Of a stretch of 64,000 nt of DNA, positions 57,662 through 64,000 are shown piece by piece. The stretch lies in NCBI GenBank assembly GCA_020444425.1, contig JAHLLB010000016.1, forward strand, positions 21,240 through 85,239. Direction: 5' to 3'. Below the pieces are notes generated by a model that saw only the letters and a program-made list of their open reading frames with translations, made no database searches and was not told the origin of the DNA. A program made the position numbers and the translations under genes. Source of the DNA: a bacterium (lineage in GTDB: Bacteria; Electryoneota; Electryoneia; Electryoneales; Electryoneaceae). The stretch's first letter is position 1, and every line of letters starts with the position of its first letter.

Positions 57662-59368
57662 ATGAGTGAGAGAACGAAGGCGATTTCTCAGGAAAACGAG
57701 ACAGCAAACCTGAACATCGATTCAAGCAGCTTAACAAAAAAGCTGCGAAAGCTGCGCGACACTCTGACTGATGGACTTATTGAACGGGACATCGCGGTGC
57801 GGCTGGGACTGCTTGCAACTTTGGCGGGTGAACATTTGCTGCTGGTCGGTCCCCCTGGGACAGCGAAGAGTCTGGTTGCACGCCGTTTGCATCTGGCCTT
57901 CAAAGACGCGGTCTATTTCGAACGGTTGCTGACAAGGTTTACGGTACCGGAAGAACTGTTCGGGCCACTGTCGATCAAGGGTCTGGAAGAGGATCGATAC
58001 GAGCGGTTAACCAAGGCCTATCTCCCACAGGCGTCGATTGCCTTTCTGGACGAGATCTTCAAAGCAAACAGTGCTATTCTGAACGCCTTGCTGACTCTGC
58101 TGAATGAACGTGAGTTCGACAATGGCATCAACCGTGACAAAACACCACTGGTGGCGGTGGTAGGCGCGAGCAATGAGCTGCCTGAAGGTGAAGAGTTGGA
58201 CGCGCTCTTTGACCGATTCCTGCTTCGTCTCGAAGTTGGGCCGGTGACAAAAGGGGCGTTCCCGAAATTGCTGGGGTTGCGCGGACAACCCACTCTTGAG
58301 GTTTCGGACGAACTGAAATTGCATGCTCGTGAGCTTGAGGCTGTGCAAGCAAAAGCAGACGCCGTGGTAGTTCCGAATGACGTTGTAGCCATGCTCAGCG
58401 AGCTGCGGGACTGGTGCACGGCGGAAGAGATCCAGGTATCGGATCGTCGGTGGCGAAAAGTCGTGAAGTTGCTGCAGGTGTCGGCTGCGACGAACGGTCG
58501 TGATCAGGTTTCAATCTGGGATTGCTGGCTGCTGCAACACTGCCTGTGGGATGAACCGGAATCGCAGGAAAAAGTGTACCAATGGTATGCGGCCCGAGTT
58601 GGTGCTTCGGCAGCGATGGATCCACCACATCTGACCACCATTGTCGTTTCCTGGGAGGCGAAGCTTAAGGCTGACAAAGCCAGTCGTTCGCAGGTGCGCG
58701 ATAAACAGGGTCGATTAGTGTACAAAGGTACTGACGGCAAACACACGATTGATAAAAGGGGTCGCGCTCAATCCAAACGTGAGTTGGAACCACTCTACCT
58801 TGCGCCTGGAGATACATATGTAAATGGAAGCTCTTGGGGTGAGGAAATGATCGAGGATCGAACGAATGACGGCAAGGGTTATACACGCGACGAACTCGAT
58901 GAGTTGTACGTTAGAAATGATCGATACAACAGGAAGGTAGAATTCCAGCATTGGTCAAATCGCGACAGCTACCTCGCTGATCAGAACAACTGGCTGATGG
59001 AAGATGTTGATCTGCAGCCAGTACTCGAGCCTACCCGCCAGAAAGAAGCATACATCGAGGATTGTATACGCGAGTTGGACACTCATCGAAACAACGTCAA
59101 TGCCTACCGTGATAGCTTGCTGGCACACATCAAATCACTTGAACATGAAATTGCAGACCACCTTTGGGTCATGTCCGATTTCGTTCAGCCTGCCAGGGAA
59201 AACCTTGATCAAACTCTTAATGTGGTCGACACGTTGCTGACGCGCATTGATAAAGTTCAAGCTGGATTTGAGGGCTTGCCCAGGGAAGGAGAACCCGTAG
59301 TCGATACAGAGGCAACGAAAGCCAGAAAACCTGCCAGGCCCAAAGGGAAGACGAAGCGGAGTCAGTAA
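57662..59368 (+). CDS. MoxR-family AAA+ ATPase with about 280-aa C-terminal extension
   Basis: Walker A HLLLVGPPGTAKSLVARRL. Walker B AFLDEIFKANSAILNALL. Sensor regions follow. The C-terminal half has no recognisable motif and is lower in GC. Confidence 0.8.
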   Translation: MSERTKAISQENETANLNIDSSSLTKKLRKLRDTLTDGLIERDIAVRLGLLATLAGEHLLLVGPPGTAKSLVARRLHLAFKDAVYFERLLTRFTVPEELFGPLSIKGLEEDRYERLTKAYLPQASIAFLDEIFKANSAILNALLTLLNEREFDNGINRDKTPLVAVVGASNELPEGEELDALFDRFLLRLEVGPVTKGAFPKLLGLRGQPTLEVSDELKLHARELEAVQAKADAVVVPNDVVAMLSELRDWCTAEEIQVSDRRWRKVVKLLQVSAATNGRDQVSIWDCWLLQHCLWDEPESQEKVYQWYAARVGASAAMDPPHLTTIVVSWEAKLKADKASRSQVRDKQGRLVYKGTDGKHTIDKRGRAQSKRELEPLYLAPGDTYVNGSSWGEEMIEDRTNDGKGYTRDELDELYVRNDRYNRKVEFQHWSNRDSYLADQNNWLMEDVDLQPVLEPTRQKEAYIEDCIRELDTHRNNVNAYRDSLLAHIKSLEHEIADHLWVMSDFVQPARENLDQTLNVVDTLLTRIDKVQAGFEGLPREGEPVVDTEATKARKPARPKGKTKRSQ

Positions 59369-60900
59369 TGAATACGGCATTCGACGCCGGAATCCTTGAA
59401 CGAAGGTATGCCTTCCTCGATAAATGCCCGTCCGCCATTCTTCCAGGGGTTATAACCTTGCCATTGGGAACATTGGATGAACGGATCGAAGGTGTGTTAC
59501 ACTGGCGTGAGGCCCTCTTATCTGGACGTTTGCCCGATTCCGGCACATGGCCGAAGGAACCACTGGACATCCCCGTTCGTCGCGCGCTTAAAGCGATGGG
59601 AATAGCACCCTTCTGCAGGGATCAGCCTGAGCTCGCGGATGCCGTACTGGGCGATCTCATTGCATCCTTCGCCAGGCAGAATACCGAAGTCAATTCCGAG
59701 GTCGCGACACGATTGCGGGAACTGGAGGAGCTTGAGCGCGTCCGCTTGACTGAGGTAGAAGCTGGACAAGCTCGCCGTGAAAAACGCAATCCACGTTCTG
59801 TTAAGCTTGACGAAAAGACACTCCAGAAGCTTCGAGCTGCGGCAGAACTAGAAATCGCCAAACTTGAGCGCGATGCTGACCCGCTGCTGCTGGATGCGTG
59901 GAGCGAACGTGTGCGGGCATGGAAATCTATTGCGGACGTTTTCGGGGATCTGGGTGAAATGTTGGGACGTGGCTGGGATCTGTCTCAAGGTGTACTGAAA
60001 CACACCGGATGGTTGGATCTGCTGCGACTGCGCGACCTTGTCGAGAACCTGCCACAGTTGCGTGATATCGTGCGCGCCCTCGGTCGATTGCATGCAACAG
60101 ATACCGGCGAATCCGTGGCGGGACAAATACTGACGCCGGTTTGCCGTCTCGAGGAAGAGCGGTTACACGTCACAACACCATTTGTACCGGCTGAAACTCG
60201 CGGTATTGAACGCAGTGGTGAAATCTCGCGAATGCTTCCCGTGGAAGCATCCATGCTTGGCCATCCGAAACTCAGATATCTTTGGCATGCGAGACGCGCT
60301 GAACGTGCTCTGTTGACCTATCGCGTCTCAGGGGTTGACGTGTTGCGTGTGTGGAACGAACGCGAAACAGAAGCTGAAATCGAAGGCAAGCATCCACGAC
60401 CGGAACGCGGTCCGATCATAGCCGTGATTGACACTTCGGGTTCCATGCACGGTCTTCCCGAACAAGTGGCAAAGGCAATCGTACTGGAGGCGATGAGGGC
60501 CGCGCACACCGAAAGGCGGGAGTGTTTCCTGTTTGCGTACAGCGGGCCGGGGCAGGTGCTGGAACATGAACTGGACCTGTCACCTGCCGGCATCGGGCGA
60601 TTGATGACGTTCCTCGGTTTATCATTTCAAGGCGGCAATGACGAAGAAGGTATGATGGTAAAGGTTGTTGCTCGCTTGAAAGAACAAGAATGGCGGAAAG
60701 CGGATGTGATCTTTGTCAGCGATGGAGAATGGCCAGCATCCCGCAACCTGATTCGTTCAGTCGAATCAGTTCGTGATGATGGTACCCGATTTCATGGTGT
60801 CCAGATCGGCAATCGAGGTGAGACTGGGTTGCACGCGATTTGCGATCCAGTTCATATCTTTCAGGATTGGGTAGCTGTCGGTGGCTGGCAAAGGAGGTAA
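59368..60900 (+). CDS. von Willebrand factor A (VWA) domain protein, ViaA/CoxE-like partner of the MoxR ATPase
   Basis: C-terminal MIDAS motif IAVIDTSGSMHG (DxSxS) plus downstream T and D residues. Its start overlaps the MoxR stop. Confidence 0.75.
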   Translation: MNTAFDAGILERRYAFLDKCPSAILPGVITLPLGTLDERIEGVLHWREALLSGRLPDSGTWPKEPLDIPVRRALKAMGIAPFCRDQPELADAVLGDLIASFARQNTEVNSEVATRLRELEELERVRLTEVEAGQARREKRNPRSVKLDEKTLQKLRAAAELEIAKLERDADPLLLDAWSERVRAWKSIADVFGDLGEMLGRGWDLSQGVLKHTGWLDLLRLRDLVENLPQLRDIVRALGRLHATDTGESVAGQILTPVCRLEEERLHVTTPFVPAETRGIERSGEISRMLPVEASMLGHPKLRYLWHARRAERALLTYRVSGVDVLRVWNERETEAEIEGKHPRPERGPIIAVIDTSGSMHGLPEQVAKAIVLEAMRAAHTERRECFLFAYSGPGQVLEHELDLSPAGIGRLMTFLGLSFQGGNDEEGMMVKVVARLKEQEWRKADVIFVSDGEWPASRNLIRSVESVRDDGTRFHGVQIGNRGETGLHAICDPVHIFQDWVAVGGWQRR

Positions 60901-60902
60901 AG

Positions 60903-62000
60903 TTAATACGGCAGCTTATCCAGCGCTTCGCTGCGGTGGGATTCGGCCAGGTGGGAATAGATCTCGGTAACCTTGGTGGTTGAGTGGCCGAGCAGGGATG
61001 CGATGGTTCGCATGTCGACACCGGCCATGACCAGGTGTGACGCAAAGGTGTGACGGAGCAGGTGCGGCTTGATCCGGATTGTTTCTGGGATGCCGTGCAC
61101 GGTACCGTTCATCTTCGCCATGCGAGTGCTGATGTGGGACGCCTTGCCGTGAAAACGCCAGAACACGTGCTCGTGTCCCTTGCTGTCCGCTTTCAGCTCG
61201 TCCAGCAGGTCACGTAATGCCTGGCGGATAGGGAAGTCACGGCGAAGCTTCGTCTGGCTGCGTTCCTGCCCGAGATACAGGATCCCGCGTTTGTAGTCCA
61301 CTTCCGACCATCTCAGGTCTGTGGCTTCACCGCGCCGAGCACCGGTCAGACTGTAGAACCGGAGAAGGCGCCAGACGTGAATGCCCCATCGTTCCTTGGC
61401 GGCTTCCAGAAACGCCGTAAGCTGCTCGACGGTCAGAAATTCCTGGTGATCGCTCCGCGTACGATTGACGTACGGTTCGATTCCCATGAACGGATTCTGC
61501 TTCAACAGACCATGATGCTTGATCCCGCGATTGAATAGTGCCTTGAGCTGGCGGAGGTGCATGTTTGTGGTGTTGACAGAGTAAGCCAGCTCGTTTGCGC
61601 AGTGGGCGAGATAGTCTTCTGCGAGTCGGCGCGTGACCTTGGTTAGTGGGATGTCGCCGGCGAACTGGATGAACCGCATCACGATCCCGCGATTGATCTC
61701 GACCGTGCGTGGCTGTAAACGGTGTTTCGCCCACTCCTGATCAACCATGAGCAGCTCGGACACCTTTGTGGGTGTGCGGCGATTGACTTCGTCCGCAGGG
61801 TCCAATCCCATCGCCAGGATCGCGTCCAGTTCGCGCTTGCGCTGCTCTGCGACACGTCGGCTGGTGAGGCCGATCTTGACGTACTTCTGTTTTCCTTCTG
61901 GGTCGTGGTATCTGTATCGCCATGACGTACCGTTCTTGACCTTCCGGCCAACAATTGAAGCCATGTCCACCTCCGTGAATGGTGAAGTGATGGCACACAT
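60903..62000 (-). CDS. tyrosine-type site-specific recombinase/integrase
   Basis: Catalytic box HLLRHTFASHLVMAGVDMRTIASLLGHSTTKVTEIYSHL with Arg, His-x-x-Arg and terminal Tyr. Confidence 0.9.
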   Translation of the reverse strand: MCAITSPFTEVDMASIVGRKVKNGTSWRYRYHDPEGKQKYVKIGLTSRRVAEQRKRELDAILAMGLDPADEVNRRTPTKVSELLMVDQEWAKHRLQPRTVEINRGIVMRFIQFAGDIPLTKVTRRLAEDYLAHCANELAYSVNTTNMHLRQLKALFNRGIKHHGLLKQNPFMGIEPYVNRTRSDHQEFLTVEQLTAFLEAAKERWGIHVWRLLRFYSLTGARRGEATDLRWSEVDYKRGILYLGQERSQTKLRRDFPIRQALRDLLDELKADSKGHEHVFWRFHGKASHISTRMAKMNGTVHGIPETIRIKPHLLRHTFASHLVMAGVDMRTIASLLGHSTTKVTEIYSHLAESHRSEALDKLPY

Positions 62001-62088
62001 GTCCCGGGCACGGGATCGGCGTTGACCGAATCCCGGCCCGAAGACAAGTGCGAGTGTGTGTGGATGTGAAGGACTGCGAGTGGGTGGA

Positions 62089-62340
62089 TCAGGCGGCGAT
62101 GTTCAACGGGGTCCGTGTTTCGAGGTGCTTCTCTACGAACGCTTCCAGGTCCGCTGGCCGAAAGAACACCGAGGTTGGAGTTGGGCGGACACAGGTGAGC
62201 TGTCCGCGGTTGACGTAATTCATCACCGTTTGCCGGCTGACTGAAAGCATGGCCGCTGCTTCGCGGAGTGGGATCAGCATTCGCTGGCCCTGCTTCTGGT
62301 CATTGCCAGAACTGGTTTTGCCGTTGGTCTTCTTCATCAA
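62089..62340 (-). CDS. excisionase/AlpA-like HTH DNA-binding protein
   Basis: LIPLREAAAMLSVSRQTVMNYVNRGQLTCVRP is a MerR-superfamily excisionase-type HTH. 83 aa. Confidence 0.65.
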   Translation of the reverse strand: MMKKTNGKTSSGNDQKQGQRMLIPLREAAAMLSVSRQTVMNYVNRGQLTCVRPTPTSVFFRPADLEAFVEKHLETRTPLNIAA

Positions 62341-62424
62341 TCCTCCAAGGAAAATGATTCGCGGGAATCAGGTAGGGTGAATTGGTTGCGCGCCCGCATC
62401 GCAGAACCAATTCGAGGGATAGTA

Positions 62425-63459
62425 TTACACTGCAGTTTTGTCGAGATCGTCAATTGCGTAAATGCTGGCCTGCATATCTGGTCCAGAAGGCTGGGAGAAA
62501 TGCCAGAACCAACCCTCCGGTTCCTTGACCGATTCTACACCAATCAGTTCCTTCGCACGATCAAGCGTCGACTTCGAAATACCTTCAGTCCTTGCCATCT
62601 TGATCAATTCAAGGCTGTGAATCGGATCAGCAGCAAGAGTGCGCCGAAGGAATTCGACCGCTTGATCGATTTTGGAAGCGATCAGTTTGGTCGGCACAGG
62701 TGCATCAACGTATTCGAATCCAGCGCCATTCTGCATAATCCGTAAACCAATCAGGTCAGATATCGGCGCAAGGTTATTCTTCAGGGTTTTCAGCCGAAGG
62801 TCGTCACTTTGGGAAGAAGGTTTCTCCAAGGCGATCATCGAGCGAACGAACTGAATGATTGCAGACGATCCACGCACATCGTGCTGGGTTATCTCGCCGA
62901 CAATGCTCCCAGACTGCAGTTTCTTGAGGTGATGTAATACGATCAAAGGTTTGTCAGCATTCTTCGAAAGGTCCGCCAAAAACTTCAGATCCTTACGAAT
63001 TTCGCTGCTGTTTTCATCACCGCTGTGAACGCCACTGAGACTGTCAACGATCCCAAGGCCAATCGCATCATCCATCATCGCATCTTCAATTGCCCGCCGA
63101 TGATCTGGAAGACTAAGGTTCAGGTCAACGAACGGGTCTGTGAGTGGGGTTTCAAACCGTCCGAGATCAAGCCCCATGTTTAACGCGCGGGGAACATTGA
63201 TCGGCTGCCCGGACTCGCCTTCGATCCAAAGAACATTTGTATCATGCGCAAAGCACTCTTTTCCGTCCGGCCACAATCCACCGTTCAGGAATAAGGATGC
63301 AATTTGCAAAGCGAGCATCGATTTTCCGACGCCTGCGTAACTGACAATCATGGTCAGCATGTTCTGAACAATCATGTTTGGCCAAAGCCAACGGACTGAG
63401 CTCAGTTGTTCTTCCAGCGACTTCCAGGTGCCAAGGACCAGGTGTTTTTCATTATTCAT
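62425..63459 (-). CDS. RepA-like AAA_25 family P-loop ATPase (mobile-element replication/primase-associated)
   Basis: Walker A SYAGVGKSMLALQIA. Walker B-like LIVLHHLKK. 344 aa. Confidence 0.7.
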   Translation of the reverse strand: MNNEKHLVLGTWKSLEEQLSSVRWLWPNMIVQNMLTMIVSYAGVGKSMLALQIASLFLNGGLWPDGKECFAHDTNVLWIEGESGQPINVPRALNMGLDLGRFETPLTDPFVDLNLSLPDHRRAIEDAMMDDAIGLGIVDSLSGVHSGDENSSEIRKDLKFLADLSKNADKPLIVLHHLKKLQSGSIVGEITQHDVRGSSAIIQFVRSMIALEKPSSQSDDLRLKTLKNNLAPISDLIGLRIMQNGAGFEYVDAPVPTKLIASKIDQAVEFLRRTLAADPIHSLELIKMARTEGISKSTLDRAKELIGVESVKEPEGWFWHFSQPSGPDMQASIYAIDDLDKTAV

Positions 63460-63650
63460 AACGTACCTTTCTTTTTGAAGTGGTTAACCACTTCCGAGTG
63501 TTATGGGGCATATTCACCCTTTCTACTATAGTTACTCCAGAGACACCAGATTTTTGTCCAGAACGAGATGATCCGACGGAAATGATTTTGGATTATTCGG
63601 GCGGTGATCTTTGATAATTAATAAGATGCGAGCTGGAATGCATGAGGCTG

Positions 63651-64000
63651 TCAAGACCAGAATGAACACGCTGGTCGTAACGGACAACCAGAACATGCCC
63701 AGCCCGGGTTAGCCGGGAAGGCACCCGACTGTATCGCATGGATGATGTCGGCCGCCAGGTGAACGAATCGGATATCGGCGTCCGGAGAACGAGTGGTGTA
63801 GATTTGCGCCAGCGATGGTGTCTTCTGTTTCAGCAGGGCGTCGATGCGGAGCAGGGCGGTGGTGTCGTTCGGAATCAGGTCCATATGTCGGGCAGCGTAA
63901 GCGTACGCGGTCAATTGCAGGTCGAGGGCCAGATCCTGCTCGGATGGTCGTCTCGCCAATGTTTTGTTGTCTGCGATGACGATGTTCCCCTGATCATCCG
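63651..64000 (-). CDS. partial CDS (C-terminal part) with Cas4/RecB-type C-x2-C-x5-C Fe-S motif; N-terminus lies outside the window
   Basis: ...GWACSGCPLRPACSFWS is the C-terminal cysteine triad typical of PD-(D/E)xK/Fe-S nucleases. The reading frame stays open to the window edge. Confidence 0.4.
   Translation of the reverse strand, partial: DDQGNIVIADNKTLARRPSEQDLALDLQLTAYAYAARHMDLIPNDTTALLRIDALLKQKTPSLAQIYTTRSPDADIRFVHLAADIIHAIQSGAFPANPGWACSGCPLRPACSFWS

Noticed and set aside
1-64000. CRISPR arrays, rRNA genes, complete IS elements
   Set aside because: No short-period direct repeat array was seen. No rRNA-like conserved stretches were seen. The only transposase sequence is a 47-codon IS30 tail without inverted repeats.

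Overview
This is a high-GC bacterial chromosome segment; most genes are about 60-65% GC and the inserted blocks about 40-45% by hand count. Lineage is uncertain; a Por/T9SS-type C-terminal sorting domain hints at an FCB-group organism. I found no rRNA, no intact tRNA and no CRISPR array.

From left to right the window contains:
- 1-9.6 kb: a sulfotransferase-rich sugar modification cluster with methyltransferases, SDR epimerases, a DegT aminotransferase and an HldE-like enzyme with reversed domain order.
- 9.8-13.3 kb: dprA next to a RecQ helicase that carries a C-terminal ComFC-like phosphoribosyltransferase domain.
- 13.6-20.6 kb: a complete four-gene Wadjet jetABCD anti-plasmid operon.
- 20.7-26.3 kb: a bidirectional NAD-reducing [NiFe] hydrogenase operon, hoxEFUYH plus the hoxW protease.
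- 26.6-38.1 kb: a low-GC island bounded by perfect 28-bp direct repeats that look like a tRNA 3' end. It carries a TetR regulator, an OmpA/TSP3 protein, an SPFH protein and a B12-radical SAM enzyme. It also has a duplicated OmpA-domain segment, an IS30 transposase remnant and a truncated integrase.
- 38.5-43.7 kb: a histidine kinase/response regulator pair and a LamG protein with a T9SS sorting domain.
- 44.2-64 kb: a defence island with a PD-(D/E)xK-like protein, a WYL regulator, and an McrBC-like type IV restriction pair whose McrB carries long N-terminal extensions. These are followed by an ADP-ribosylglycohydrolase translationally coupled to McrC, then three low-GC unknown genes. The island ends with a tight MBL beta-CASP / DUF2779 nuclease / MoxR AAA+ / VWA four-gene block, abutted tail-to-tail by a tyrosine integrase-excisionase-RepA-like module.

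The least-described candidates are the MBL-DUF2779-MoxR-VWA block, the McrC-coupled ADP-ribosylglycohydrolase and the DprA/RecQ-PRTase pair beside Wadjet.
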